Part shown: positions 27,623 to 37,662 of the stretch, piece by piece
Layout of the letters: every line of letters starts with the position of its first letter
How positions within the stretch are numbered: the stretch's first letter is position 1
Assembly: GCA_041665025.1 (NCBI GenBank)
Contig: JBAYJP010000002.1
Span: 691 to 64,690, forward strand
Direction of reading: 5' to 3'
From: Candidatus Magasanikiibacteriota bacterium
Lineage (GTDB): Bacteria > Patescibacteriota > Patescibacteriia > Magasanikbacterales > UBA922
Length of the DNA: 64,000 nucleotides
Program-made: the position numbers and the translations under genes
Notes under the pieces: generated by a model
Database searches by the model: none
What the model was told of the DNA's origin: nothing
What the model saw: only the letters and a program-made list of their open reading frames with translations

Positions 27623-29785
27623 ATGCCAAAACATGTAACAAAAGGAAGGGTTGTTCATAAACCAGCAGAAAAGAAAACCCCCCCGCCAAAAATCAAAAAA
27701 CCTGTTGAAAAACCAGTGCCTAAAAAAGAACGAGCACCTGCTTCAAGCAGTTCTGATTATTCGGCAAAAAATATTCAGGTACTCGAAGGACTCGATGCTG
27801 TCCGCAAACGTCCAGGCATGTATATTGGTTCAACTGGAACGCAAGGTTTGCACCACCTTATTTGGGAAGTCGTTGACAACTCTATTGACGAATCCATGGC
27901 AGGACACTGTGATGAAATTATTGTGCGCCTCCTCCCCGATCATTGGGTAGAAGTCACCGACAACGGACGTGGCATTCCGGTAGATATTCATCCACAAAAA
28001 AAAGTAAGCGCACTACAATTGGTTTTGAGTACCCTGCATGCCGGAGGTAAATTTGGCGAAGAAGGCGGATACAAAGTATCCGGCGGTTTGCATGGCGTGG
28101 GTGTATCTGTAGTAAATGCATTGTCTCAAGATCTCAAAGCCACAGTGTATCGTGATGGAAAAATCTGGGAACAAAAATATAAACTCGGCAAACCAGTGAG
28201 CAAAGTAGCACCTGTAGGCAAAACAAATAAAACAGGGACAGTAATTGCATTTCGTCCAGATCCATCTATTATTGAAACCCTCACCTATGAATGGAACACT
28301 ATTCTTGACCATTTGCGCCAGCAAGCATACTTGACCAAAGGCGTGCGCATGGTTTTATTTGATGAACGAACCATGGAAGAAAAGGCGGAAGATAAATCCT
28401 CGATTCCATTTCCAAAAAACGAATATATTTTTTATTTCGAAGGCGGTATTGCCAGCTACACCAAACACATAAATAAAAACAAAGAGCCAAAACATGAAAA
28501 TGTTTTTTATACTGAAAAACAAGAAGGAAAAGTAAGTGTTGAAATCGCTTTACAATATACCGATGACTACAATGAATCTCTGTTTGCATTTGCAAACAAT
28601 ATAACCAACCCAGACGGCGGTATGCATGTTGCTGGTTTTCGTGGCGCACTCACACGAACCCTAAATGCATATGCACGCAACAAAGGAATCCTAAAAGAAA
28701 AAGATGCAAATCTTGGTGGTGAAGATGTGCGCGAAGGTCTGACTGCTATTATTTCTGTCAAAATTCCAGAGCCTCAATTCGAAGGACAAACCAAAGCAAA
28801 ACTGGGCAATCCAGAAGTCAAACCAATTGTTGAAAATATTTTTGCAGAGCAATTCATGATATTTTTGGAAGAACATCCCAAAGATGCCGAGGGTATTATT
28901 GGCAAATGTCTTATTGCCGCAAAAGCACGACAGGCAGCCAAGTCTGCACGTGATGCGGTATTACGAAAAAGCGCTTTGGAAGGATTTACGTTGCCAGGAA
29001 AACTTGCAGATTGTTCCAGCAGAAAAGCCGAGGAATCAGAACTCTATATCGTAGAGGGAGATTCTGCTGGTGGCAGCGCCAAACAAGGACGCGATCGCCA
29101 CACTCAGGCCATTCTCCCCTTGCGTGGTAAAGTCTTGAATGTGGAACGTGCTCGACTTGATAAAATTCTTGCCAATAACGAACTCAAATCACTCATTATT
29201 GCCATGGGTACCAATGTTGGAGAAATGTTTGATGTTACCAAACTGCGCTATCACAAAATTATTATCATGACCGATGCTGACGTAGACGGTGCACATATCC
29301 GCACCTTACTTCTCACATTATTTTTTCGTTATTTTCCCGACCTTATTTATCAAGGATACATCTATGTCGCCCAGCCTCCGCTCTTTAGTATAAAAAAAGG
29401 CAAAGAGGTTGAATGGATATTTAATGAAGAAGCCCTTGAAACATACAAAAAGAAATATGGGCTCAATGACGCGGCATTTGAAGCTGTAGAAGAAGAAACA
29501 GATACAGACGCTGATCAAGTAGAACAACCACGTAAAACTCAAGCTGCGCCTGAGTCACGCGGTACAAAATTAAATATTCAACGCTACAAAGGTCTTGGAG
29601 AAATGAACCCTGACCAACTGTGGGAAACAACTATGAACCCTGCCAATCGTCTCTTGAAACAAGTGACTGTAGAGGACGCAGAAAAGGCAAGCGAGGTATT
29701 TGATATACTTATGGGCAGTGAAGTTGCCCCGAGAAAAAAATTCATACAAACTCACGCTAAGTCTGTTAAAAACTTGGATATCTAG
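27623..29785 (+). CDS. gyrB: DNA gyrase subunit B (Lys/Pro-rich N-terminal extension)
   Basis: EGLDAVRKRPGMYIG, GGLHGVG, VEGDSAGGS, MTDADVDG, QRYKGLGEM. Confidence 0.96.
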   Translation: MPKHVTKGRVVHKPAEKKTPPPKIKKPVEKPVPKKERAPASSSSDYSAKNIQVLEGLDAVRKRPGMYIGSTGTQGLHHLIWEVVDNSIDESMAGHCDEIIVRLLPDHWVEVTDNGRGIPVDIHPQKKVSALQLVLSTLHAGGKFGEEGGYKVSGGLHGVGVSVVNALSQDLKATVYRDGKIWEQKYKLGKPVSKVAPVGKTNKTGTVIAFRPDPSIIETLTYEWNTILDHLRQQAYLTKGVRMVLFDERTMEEKAEDKSSIPFPKNEYIFYFEGGIASYTKHINKNKEPKHENVFYTEKQEGKVSVEIALQYTDDYNESLFAFANNITNPDGGMHVAGFRGALTRTLNAYARNKGILKEKDANLGGEDVREGLTAIISVKIPEPQFEGQTKAKLGNPEVKPIVENIFAEQFMIFLEEHPKDAEGIIGKCLIAAKARQAAKSARDAVLRKSALEGFTLPGKLADCSSRKAEESELYIVEGDSAGGSAKQGRDRHTQAILPLRGKVLNVERARLDKILANNELKSLIIAMGTNVGEMFDVTKLRYHKIIIMTDADVDGAHIRTLLLTLFFRYFPDLIYQGYIYVAQPPLFSIKKGKEVEWIFNEEALETYKKKYGLNDAAFEAVEEETDTDADQVEQPRKTQAAPESRGTKLNIQRYKGLGEMNPDQLWETTMNPANRLLKQVTVEDAEKASEVFDILMGSEVAPRKKFIQTHAKSVKNLDI

Positions 29786-29860
29786 AATACATATCACATA
29801 ACATGTATTACATAAAAAAACTCGGACGTAGTCCGGGTTTTTATTTATCCCCTGCCCAAC

Positions 29861-29889
29861 TTGACAAACGCATGTATCTAGAGTATAGT
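29861..29889 (+). promoter_or_regulatory. Promoter of secE-nusG-rplK
   Basis: TTGACA-17-TATAGT. Confidence 0.7.
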
Positions 29890-29935
29890 TTTAGCGTAAT
29901 TCGGCCCAAGGCCGTTTTTAAATAGGCAAAAAACT

Positions 29936-30115
29936 ATGAATAAAATAACAAATTATCTACGAGAATCTATCGCAGAACTTAGAAAAGTCTCTTGGCCAAC
30001 CAAAAAACAAACAACGGCTTACACGTTGATAGTGTTGGCATTGAGTATTGGTATTGCACTTTTCTTTGCGTTACTCGACTGGATGTTTAACCTCGGACTT
30101 GAAAAGATTATTTAA
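29936..30115 (+). CDS. secE: Preprotein translocase subunit SecE (not in the ORF track)
   Basis: Hand translation MNKITNYLRESIAELRKVSWPTKKQTTAYTLIVL...LDW, directly upstream of nusG. Confidence 0.95.
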   Translation: MNKITNYLRESIAELRKVSWPTKKQTTAYTLIVLALSIGIALFFALLDWMFNLGLEKII

Positions 30116-30165
30116 TCTTTTTTTCTTATCAATCCGTAAATCAGTATTATCAGTAATCCGTAACT

Positions 30166-30711
30166 ATGGCTAAACAACAAGCAAACTTAGGCCGTCGCTG
30201 GTATGTCATTCATACCTATAGCGGCTATGAAGAAAATGTAAAACACAATCTCGAACAACGTATTGACTCTTTTGACATGAAAGATAAGATTTTCCAGGTT
30301 CTTGTTCCAAAAGAAAAAAAGATCAAAATTAAAAATGGCAAACGAAATGTTATTGAGGAAAAAATATTTCCTGGTTATGTGCTCGTCGAAATGATGGTGA
30401 CCGATGATTCATGGTATGTCGTGCGCAACACGCCAAATGTGACCGGATTTATTGGCACCGGCACCACCCCAACTCCTATTGATCCAAAAGAAATGATGGA
30501 GCTCACCAAACGTATGACTGCTGACGAACCAACTCACAAAATTGACATGGAAGTCAACTCACCGGTTCGCATTGTGGATGGACCTTTCAAAAATTTTGAA
30601 GGAAAAGTTAGCGATGTAGATACTTCTCGCGGCAAAGTGAAAGTACTCGTCAATATGTTTGGACGAGAGACGCCGGTTGAATTAGATGCTCTCCAAGTTA
30701 AAAAGATATAA
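30166..30711 (+). CDS. nusG: Transcription termination/antitermination factor NusG
   Basis: WYVIHTYSGYE, FPGYVLV, TPNVTGF, MFGRETPVEL. Confidence 0.98.
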   Translation: MAKQQANLGRRWYVIHTYSGYEENVKHNLEQRIDSFDMKDKIFQVLVPKEKKIKIKNGKRNVIEEKIFPGYVLVEMMVTDDSWYVVRNTPNVTGFIGTGTTPTPIDPKEMMELTKRMTADEPTHKIDMEVNSPVRIVDGPFKNFEGKVSDVDTSRGKVKVLVNMFGRETPVELDALQVKKI

Positions 30712-30727
30712 ATTGATTTAAAAAAAA

Positions 30728-30800
30728 GATATTGGGCATTGGGTCAAGATACCAGAAAAATGAAATAAAATTCTGGTTTCCTAGCCCATTACCCATCTCC
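30728..30800. repeat. Hairpin element, TGGG..ACCAGA family
   Basis: GATATTGGGCATTGGGTCAAGATACCAGAA / TTCTGGTTTCCTAGCCCATTACCCATCTC. Confidence 0.8.
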
Positions 30801-30874
30801 CTTGTTCGGTCCACAAAGGACAGCTTCTCGACGAGGGTATCATAATAAGGATAATACTATATAAAAATAATACT

Positions 30875-31297
30875 ATGGCAAAAAAACTAGTCACTCAAAT
30901 CAAACTGCAAATCCCAGGTGGAGCTGCAAATCCAGCGCCTCCAGTTGGTCCTGCTTTGGGACAACACGGAGTAAATATCCAGGGTTTTTGTACTGAATTC
31001 AATGCAAAAACACAAGATAAAAAAGGAGAAATCGTTCCGGTAATTATCAGCGTATACGAAGATAGAAGTTTTGACTTTATCATGAAAGTCGCTCCAGCAA
31101 GCGAACTTATCAAAAAAGCTGCGGGCATCAAAAAAGGTGCGGGCAACCCACTCAAAGATAAAGTAGGTAAAATTACTAAAGCACAATTAAAAGAAATTGC
31201 TGAAAAGAAAATGCCAGACCTCAATGCAAACTCAGTAGAGGCTGCCATGAATTGCATCGCAGGAACTGCACGACAGATGGGCATAAAAGTAGAATAG
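30875..31297 (+). CDS. rplK: 50S ribosomal protein L11
   Basis: [18 protein letters not shown]. Confidence 0.98.
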   Translation: MAKKLVTQIKLQIPGGAANPAPPVGPALGQHGVNIQGFCTEFNAKTQDKKGEIVPVIISVYEDRSFDFIMKVAPASELIKKAAGIKKGAGNPLKDKVGKITKAQLKEIAEKKMPDLNANSVEAAMNCIAGTARQMGIKVE

Positions 31298-31450
31298 ATT
31301 CACATAACACATATCACATAACACATAACAAACCTGAAAGGGTTTGTTTTTGTCATAATAATTAGCTAACTTCAATACATTTTGCTATAATTATCTATAA
31401 TCTTGAATCTTTTCTGCCTTGATTCTTTATATACTAACTAACCAATATAT

Positions 31451-32380
31451 ATGTCACATCACACTTCCTCCCCCAACAAAGTCGCCATTATTGGTGCTGG
31501 AGCTGTCGGTTCTACTGCCGCGTATGCAGCAACACTCAAAAACGTAGCCGCGGAAATCGTTCTCATTGATATTAATGACACAAAAGAAGAGGGAGAGGTC
31601 ATGGATATTCGAGATGGTATTTGTTTTGTAGAAACAGGATGCATAAAAGGTGCAGATTTCAAAGACGCAAAAGATGCGGACGTCATTGTCGTCACTGCCG
31701 GAGCTCCACAAAAGCCCGGAGAGACACGTCTAGATTTGGTGAAAAAAAATAAAGAGATTCTGTTATCAATTTTCAAAAAAATTGGAAAACTAAAACCAAC
31801 TGCCATTATCCTCATGATCGCAAATCCCGTGGATGTACTTACCTATTTGGCGCAAGAAATCACCGGCCTTCCCCATGCTCAAGTATTTGGCAGTGGAACT
31901 GGACTCGATACCGCGCGGCTCAAAACCGAACTCGGTAAATATTTTAATGTGAGCGCACAAAATATTCACGGCTACGTACTGGGTGAACACGGAGATACTG
32001 AATTTGTAGCGTGGAGCACCGTAACTATAGGGGGCGTGCCTATATCCCAAATTAAACAATTCAACGAACGTACTAAAAAAGAAATGGAACAACGCGTCCG
32101 CACAGAAGCCTATGAGATTATTAATAGAAAAGGTGCAACTTTTTACGGTATAGGACTTGTCATCTCAGAAATGCTCGAGGCCATACTTTACAACCAACAC
32201 AAAATTATGCCGGCATCAGTGCGACTTGAAAATTGGAACGGGGTGAGCAATGTATGTATTGGAGTTCCTGCAGTGATTGGCAGAAATGGGATTGAAAAAA
32301 TATGGCCACTCAAATTACCTTCAGTTGAATTAAAACGATTCAAGAGGTCAGCAGAGACCTTGAAGACTTACTTAAAATAA
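31451..32380 (+). CDS. ldh: L-lactate dehydrogenase (LDH/MDH family)
   Basis: GAGAVG, TAGAPQKPGETRLDL, NPVD, LDTAR, GEHGD, KGATFYGIG. Confidence 0.9.
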   Translation: MSHHTSSPNKVAIIGAGAVGSTAAYAATLKNVAAEIVLIDINDTKEEGEVMDIRDGICFVETGCIKGADFKDAKDADVIVVTAGAPQKPGETRLDLVKKNKEILLSIFKKIGKLKPTAIILMIANPVDVLTYLAQEITGLPHAQVFGSGTGLDTARLKTELGKYFNVSAQNIHGYVLGEHGDTEFVAWSTVTIGGVPISQIKQFNERTKKEMEQRVRTEAYEIINRKGATFYGIGLVISEMLEAILYNQHKIMPASVRLENWNGVSNVCIGVPAVIGRNGIEKIWPLKLPSVELKRFKRSAETLKTYLK

Positions 32381-32421
32381 TTAAAATTCACAGCCCTGCC
32401 CTGTACCCTTGTGGTACAGGG

Positions 32422-32536
32422 TTGACAAATTGGAAAAAGTGCGGTACTATAGCCGCACTTTTTATTTACCGCCACGTAAAGCGACTTCGTCGCCACGTGG
32501 CTAGCGTGGGACCCTGCCATCAGGGGTTTGAACCAC
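32422..32536 (+). promoter_or_regulatory. rplA promoter and putative L1 autoregulatory leader
   Basis: TTGACA-17-TACTAT, then GTGG-GA-CCC..GGG-TTTGAA-CCAC, an asymmetric internal-loop stem (32506-32536) resembling L1-binding sites. Confidence 0.65.
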
Positions 32537-32606
32537 TAACACGACTATAGAATATACTCTATCTACTTTCATAATTTCGTATATTTCGTAGTTCGTATAT
32601 AATTAT

Positions 32607-33290
32607 ATGGGAAAAAGAATAACTGCCCTCAAGGCACAGGTAGACCCCAAAAAAGTCTACACTCTCGACGAGGCAATCAAGCTCGTCAAAGAAACAAGCA
32701 ACGTAAAATTCGACGCATCTGTCGAAGTACATATACGCGTGGGCATTGATGCAAAAAAGAGTGACCAACAAATCCGTTCAACCGTCGTATTGCCACATGG
32801 CACCGGAAGAACGAAAAAGGTTGCTGCATTTGTCGGACCAAATGATGAGAAGAAAGCGCAAGAAGCGGGTGCAGACTTGGTCTGTGGAGAAGCTGAAATA
32901 AAACAAATTCAAACTTCAGGAAAAGTAAATTTCGACGTTGCAGTTGCAACTCCAGAAATGATGCCTAAACTTGCGATTGCCGCAAAAGTTTTGGGTCCAA
33001 AAGGCCTTATGCCTAACCCAAAGACTGGCACCGTCGGTCCTGATGTAAAAAAACTTATCGAAGAACTCAAAAAAGGAAAAGTAACATTCAAAAATGATGA
33101 CACCGCAAATGTTCATCTCGCGATTGGTAAAGTAAGTTTTGATGAGAAAAAACTTAAAGAAAATTTTGAAACCTATTTGGAAGCACTCAAAAAAGTGAGG
33201 CCAAACGGCGCAAAAGGAACATATATAAAAACAGTGTACTTGACCTCCAGCATGGGACCAAGCGTCCAAGTCGCTGTCTCTGCGGTCTAA
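32607..33290 (+). CDS. rplA: 50S ribosomal protein L1
   Basis: KFDASVE, LPHGTG, LGPKGLMPNPK.GTV, SSMGP. Confidence 0.98.
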   Translation: MGKRITALKAQVDPKKVYTLDEAIKLVKETSNVKFDASVEVHIRVGIDAKKSDQQIRSTVVLPHGTGRTKKVAAFVGPNDEKKAQEAGADLVCGEAEIKQIQTSGKVNFDVAVATPEMMPKLAIAAKVLGPKGLMPNPKTGTVGPDVKKLIEELKKGKVTFKNDDTANVHLAIGKVSFDEKKLKENFETYLEALKKVRPNGAKGTYIKTVYLTSSMGPSVQVAVSAV

Positions 33291-33301
33291 AAAATTATAT
33301 C

Positions 33302-33331
33302 AAAAAAGCTCCGTTTAATCGGGGCTTTTTT
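33302..33331 (+). terminator. Intrinsic terminator after rplA
   Basis: AAAAAAGCTCCG-TTTAAT-CGGGGCTTTTTT. Confidence 0.75.
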
Positions 33332-33399
33332 AATTGTGGAAGACCTTGAACCGCGTGGTCTTTTTTGATACACTTACCTGGTAAAAATTAATAATATAT

Positions 33400-33924
33400 A
33401 TGGAAGCAAACGCACCATCTTCAGCTCAAACAAGACCTTCGTGGGATGAATACTTTTTGAAACTAGCTATGCTTGCATCTGAAAGGGCTACGTGCCCACG
33501 CATGCATTGTGGTTGTGTTTTGGTCAAAGATAAAAACGTGGTAGCTACTGGATATAATGGTTCTATCCCTGGAGACGACCACTGTGAGGATGTTGGATGT
33601 CTAGTGATTAATAACCACTGTGAACGTACTGTCCACGCCGAAATGAATGCCCTAGTCCAAGCTGCCAAGAGAGGACATGCAGTAGAAGGCGCAACTGCTT
33701 ATATTACGAATATGTCTTGTACCAATTGTGCAAAAGCCCTCATTGCCGCGGGTGTGAAAAGAGTTGTGGTATTTTCGGATTTTCATGATACTCTGGCAGT
33801 GGAATTTTTCAATAAGGCCGGCGTCACCATTGATAAATTACCTATGCCGCCCCTGATGATCAACTATGACCTCAAAAATTATTCTTCAGCTAAGCCACTA
33901 GAAACCAAAACTAATGAACCATAA
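33400..33924 (+). CDS. dCMP deaminase (ComEB family)
   Basis: RPSWDEYF, ATGYNG, HAEMNA, CTNC. Confidence 0.92.
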   Translation: MEANAPSSAQTRPSWDEYFLKLAMLASERATCPRMHCGCVLVKDKNVVATGYNGSIPGDDHCEDVGCLVINNHCERTVHAEMNALVQAAKRGHAVEGATAYITNMSCTNCAKALIAAGVKRVVVFSDFHDTLAVEFFNKAGVTIDKLPMPPLMINYDLKNYSSAKPLETKTNEP

Positions 33925-34483
33925 ATACTATATGCCCAAACTTATCCTCGGTTTTGTCGGACAAATGGCTAGTGGTAAAGGAACAGCTGTCAGCTATCTC
34001 AAAGAAAAATATGGTGCGAGCACATACCGTTTTTCTGGTATGCTTACTGACGTTTTGAATCGTCTGTACTTGCCAAATGACCGGGAACATTTACAAAAAC
34101 TTTCTCAATCTTTGCGCGAAACGTTTGGAGAAGAAACACTCGCAAAAGTTATGGCAGAAGATGTAAAAAATGATACAAACAATGTTATTGCGATTGATGG
34201 TATTCGTCGTCCTGGCGATGTAGCACATTTGAAAAATGTCCCTGGCTTTATTCTTGTTCATATTAGCGCAGATATTGAAAAACGTTTTGAACGGCTTAGT
34301 AAACGCGGTGAAAAGACAGATGATCTTTCAAAGACGTTTGAACAGTTCAAGCAAGAACACAATAATGAAGCTGAGATAAAAATTGAGGAAGTGGCGAAAG
34401 ATGCAATCGGGTACATTAACAATAACGGGGGTATTAGTGAACTGTATAAACAACTAGATAAACTGGTTGATAAATTCACCTAA
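33914..34483 (+). CDS. P-loop nucleotide kinase (dephospho-CoA / dNMP kinase-like)
   Basis: GQMASGKGT P-loop, IDGIR, RFERL..R. Lies in a thymidylate gene cluster. Confidence 0.8.
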   Translation: MNHKYYMPKLILGFVGQMASGKGTAVSYLKEKYGASTYRFSGMLTDVLNRLYLPNDREHLQKLSQSLRETFGEETLAKVMAEDVKNDTNNVIAIDGIRRPGDVAHLKNVPGFILVHISADIEKRFERLSKRGEKTDDLSKTFEQFKQEHNNEAEIKIEEVAKDAIGYINNNGGISELYKQLDKLVDKFT

Positions 34484-34591
34484 TTACCTAATTCACCTAA
34501 TTTCTAATAAAATTCCAAATATCAAAATTAGAAATTGGGCATTAGAAATTTTATTAGGTGAATTAGATATTAGATGAATTAGGTGAATTTA
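34472..34591. repeat. Tandem-repeat hairpin element, TTCACCTAA/TTAGGTGAA family
   Basis: AAATTCACCTAATTACCTAATTCACCTAATTTCTAATAAAATT ... AATTTTATTAGGTGAATTAGATATTAGATGAATTAGGTGAATTT. The left arm supplies the upstream stop codon. Confidence 0.9.
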
Positions 34592-34597
34592 AAGACT

Positions 34598-35044
34598 ATG
34601 TCTTATAATCAAAACCTCACAGTAAGAATAAAGCGCCTTCGCCCAGACGCCAAACTCCCCACCTATGCTCACCCCGGTGATGTAGGCATGGATTTGTATT
34701 CTGTAGAGGATACGTGTGAATTAAAGCCCATGGAACGAAAAGTATTCAATGTAGGCTTTGCCCTTGAATTTGATACCGGTTATGGTGCTATAATAAAAGA
34801 TAAGGGCGGTCCTCCTTTTTACCATGGATTACACACTATGGGGGGTGTTTTTGACGCGGGTTATCGAGGGGAATACAATGTACTCCTCATAAACCTCGGA
34901 CAAGAGCCAACCACTATAGAAAAAGGGCAAAAAATTGCCCAGCTCATTATATACCCCGTGGTTATTGCTGAACTCGCAGAAACACAAGAACTATCAGACA
35001 GTTCGCGGGGAGCAGGAAGACTTGGCAGTACAGGTAAATTCTAA
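34598..35044 (+). CDS. dut: dUTP diphosphatase
   Basis: GMDL, GVFDAGYRGE, KIAQL, RGAGRLGSTG. Confidence 0.93.
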   Translation: MSYNQNLTVRIKRLRPDAKLPTYAHPGDVGMDLYSVEDTCELKPMERKVFNVGFALEFDTGYGAIIKDKGGPPFYHGLHTMGGVFDAGYRGEYNVLLINLGQEPTTIEKGQKIAQLIIYPVVIAELAETQELSDSSRGAGRLGSTGKF

Positions 35045-35094
35045 ACTCATACAAAACAAATACAAACGTCTAAATCGACATAACTCCAACATAT

Positions 35095-35529
35095 ATGAAT
35101 AACTATCCTACACTATTTTTATTGACAAATACATCACACGCGCAATGGTATCGTGTCGTTGCAGAAAACAAGATAGAGCTCATAAAAGAATCAGAAGCTG
35201 AGGAATATGAATTATCCGATCACGAAGGTTCATTCCGTTCTCCAAACAAAACAGGAGCCCCTGATGTCATGAGCAAAGTAAAATTGGCTGAAGAAAAAAA
35301 ATTTTTGCAGCAAGTTGCAAATCACACCAAAGAAATTCTTCAGGGAGACACAGAAATGCACGAGATGACATACGCGGCTCCGGAACAACTCAAAAATGAA
35401 CTACATGATATATTGGAACGTGCATGTGGCCTGCGTACCTATCAATATATATCTGGAAATCACGTAGGCGCCTCGAAAGAAAAAATTATGAAGCTTATGA
35501 AACAAAATACCAAGACATCCGACAGATAA
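35095..35529 (+). CDS. Host-attachment / baeRF-like family protein
   Basis: LFLLTNTSHA.W...SDHEGSF...EKKFL..VA...AAPE pattern. Assignment is by resemblance only. Confidence 0.55.
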   Translation: MNNYPTLFLLTNTSHAQWYRVVAENKIELIKESEAEEYELSDHEGSFRSPNKTGAPDVMSKVKLAEEKKFLQQVANHTKEILQGDTEMHEMTYAAPEQLKNELHDILERACGLRTYQYISGNHVGASKEKIMKLMKQNTKTSDR

Positions 35530-35530
35530 T

Positions 35531-36403
35531 ATGCAATCCTACCTCAACATTGTAAAAAAAATTCTTGAACACGGCACAAAAAAAGAAGACCGCACGGGCA
35601 CTGGCACCATTTCTGTTGCCGGTGTTTTGTTTGAACATGACATGAGTACGGGGTACCCCCTGCTTACCACCAAGAAAATGCCTTTCAAAGTTATGGCTAC
35701 TGAGCTTGAGTTTTTTATTAAGGGAATTACGGACAAACAGTGGCTTTTGGATAGAAACTGTCATATATGGGATGAGTGGGCAAATCCTATGAAAGCTCCG
35801 TATGGCCATGATGAAGAAAGCAAAAAGCGCATGGCAGAAGAACGAGATTTGGGACCAGTATATGGTTTTCAGTGGAGACATTTTAATGCACAATATCTCG
35901 GACTGGACGCAGACTATTCAGATCAAGGTGTGGATCAATTAAAATATGTAGTTGATACACTCAAAACCAATCCCAGCGACCGGCGGATGCTCATTGTCGC
36001 CTGGAATCCAACGATGAAAGACCAGATGGCACTTCCTCCATGCCATTACGCATTCCAAGTAACTGTTACGGGAAATAAATTGAATCTCATGTGGAACCAA
36101 CGATCAGTAGATGTTATGCTTGGACTGCCATTTAATATTTCAAGTTACGCATTGTTATTGCATTTACTGGCAAAAGAAGCAGGACTAGAAGAAGGCAGAC
36201 TCGTTGGTTTCCTTGGTGACACCCACATTTATCTGAATCATATTGAAGGTGCAAAAGAACAGTTATCACGAGATCCAGGCATACATCCATTGCCAAAAAT
36301 TGAAACTAACAATTTTACGAATATTTTTGATTGGCAATCCACAGATACCACTCTTATTGGATATGAAAGTTATCCGAGGATAAAATTTGATATAGCTGTT
36401 TAG
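35531..36403 (+). CDS. thyA: Thymidylate synthase
   Basis: DRTGTGT, PLLTTKK, LGPVYGFQWR, ALPPCH, QRSVD, GLPFN. Confidence 0.98.
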   Translation: MQSYLNIVKKILEHGTKKEDRTGTGTISVAGVLFEHDMSTGYPLLTTKKMPFKVMATELEFFIKGITDKQWLLDRNCHIWDEWANPMKAPYGHDEESKKRMAEERDLGPVYGFQWRHFNAQYLGLDADYSDQGVDQLKYVVDTLKTNPSDRRMLIVAWNPTMKDQMALPPCHYAFQVTVTGNKLNLMWNQRSVDVMLGLPFNISSYALLLHLLAKEAGLEEGRLVGFLGDTHIYLNHIEGAKEQLSRDPGIHPLPKIETNNFTNIFDWQSTDTTLIGYESYPRIKFDIAV

Positions 36404-36406
36404 ACA

Positions 36407-36467
36407 AGTTCAGAGTTCGGAGTTCACAGGAACTCTTCTCCGAACTACGAACTGTAAACTCCGAACT
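36407..36467. repeat. Tandem-repeat hairpin element, AGTTC/GAACT 7-mer family
   Basis: AGTTCAG-AGTTCGG-AGTTCAC ... CCGAACT-ACGAACT-GTAAACT-CCGAACT followed immediately by the folA ATG. Confidence 0.85.
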
Positions 36468-36941
36468 ATGTTTTCATTAATCGCCGCTATCTCCCAAAAC
36501 AATTGCATCGGCAAAGACAACAAAATTCCCTGGAACATCCCGGAAGATTTTCAGTATTTCAAAAAAATGACCTTAGGAAAAACCTGTCTTATGGGACAAA
36601 AAACGTTTGAATCAATTTTGGAATACTTAAAAAAACCATTACCAGAAAGAAAAAATGTGGTTATCACGAAAAATACTGAATACAAAGCACCAGAGGGAGT
36701 TGAAGTACTTCACTCCATCGATGACGCATTTGCCACATTAAAAGATGAAGATGTGTTTGTCTGTGGCGGTGCAAGTATTTATGCCCAAACAATTGATCGC
36801 GTGGATACGCTCTACATCACCCATGTTCATCAGGTTGTAGATGGAGATACTTTTTTCCCGGAGATTAAGAAAGATACGTGGGAGGAAACGTGGAGAGAAG
36901 ATCATGAAGGATTTTCATTTGTTAAGTACAAACGAATTTAA
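36468..36941 (+). CDS. folA: Dihydrofolate reductase
   Basis: IGKDNKIPWNIPEDFQYFK..T, MGQKTFESI, GGASIY, GDTFFP. Confidence 0.96.
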   Translation: MFSLIAAISQNNCIGKDNKIPWNIPEDFQYFKKMTLGKTCLMGQKTFESILEYLKKPLPERKNVVITKNTEYKAPEGVEVLHSIDDAFATLKDEDVFVCGGASIYAQTIDRVDTLYITHVHQVVDGDTFFPEIKKDTWEETWREDHEGFSFVKYKRI

Positions 36942-36966
36942 AATTTCGAATTTCGAAATTAAAACT

Positions 36967-37650
36967 ATGAATAAAGGTCTCTTTATCATGCTCGAGGGCA
37001 CCGACGGTTCTGGCAAAAGCACACAGACCAATCTTTTGGTTGAACGACTGAAACAAGAAAGACAGCAGGTTGAACAAATTAGTTTCCCCCAATACGGCAA
37101 ACCGAGTGCCGCGCTTGTTGAAGATTATCTAAATGGAAAATTTGGAAGCGCCGAGGAGGTAGGACCTTATCGTGCCTCTATCCTCTATGCAGTGGATCGC
37201 TTTGCCGCATCAGAGCAAATCAAAAAATGGCTGTCGGAAAACAAAATTGTCATCGCAAATAGATATGTAGCCTCAAACATGGGTCATCAGGGCGGAAAAA
37301 TAAAAAATCCTGCTGAACGCCAAAAATACTTTGATTGGAATTACGATTTGGAGTATACTATACTCGGTATTCCAAAACCTGAAGTCAACATCATTTTGCA
37401 TGTTACGCCCGATATATCTCAGCAACTAGTAGACAAGAAAGGCGACCGAGAATACTTAAAAGGCAAAAAACGCGATATTCATGAAGATGATCTACACCAT
37501 TTAGCTGATGCGGAGCAAGCGTATCTCGACATTGCAAAGCATTATCCTGAATTTACACTCATTGAATGCGTACAAAATAACAACATGCTTCCTCCAGATA
37601 TAATTCATAAAAAAATCTGGTCGGAAATAAAAAAGCATCTTAATTCATAA
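36967..37650 (+). CDS. tmk: Thymidylate kinase
   Basis: LEGTDGSGKSTQ, FPQY, YAVDR, NRYVASN..HQ. Confidence 0.93.
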   Translation: MNKGLFIMLEGTDGSGKSTQTNLLVERLKQERQQVEQISFPQYGKPSAALVEDYLNGKFGSAEEVGPYRASILYAVDRFAASEQIKKWLSENKIVIANRYVASNMGHQGGKIKNPAERQKYFDWNYDLEYTILGIPKPEVNIILHVTPDISQQLVDKKGDREYLKGKKRDIHEDDLHHLADAEQAYLDIAKHYPEFTLIECVQNNNMLPPDIIHKKIWSEIKKHLNS

Positions 37651-37662
37651 TGTACATAACCT

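Noticed and set aside
36841-36966. Long N-terminal extension of tmk, and similar extensions of rodA, guaB-like, gyrB, dut and ORF 7109
   Set aside because: They run through upstream genes, promoters or repeat arms; family similarity starts at downstream ATGs.
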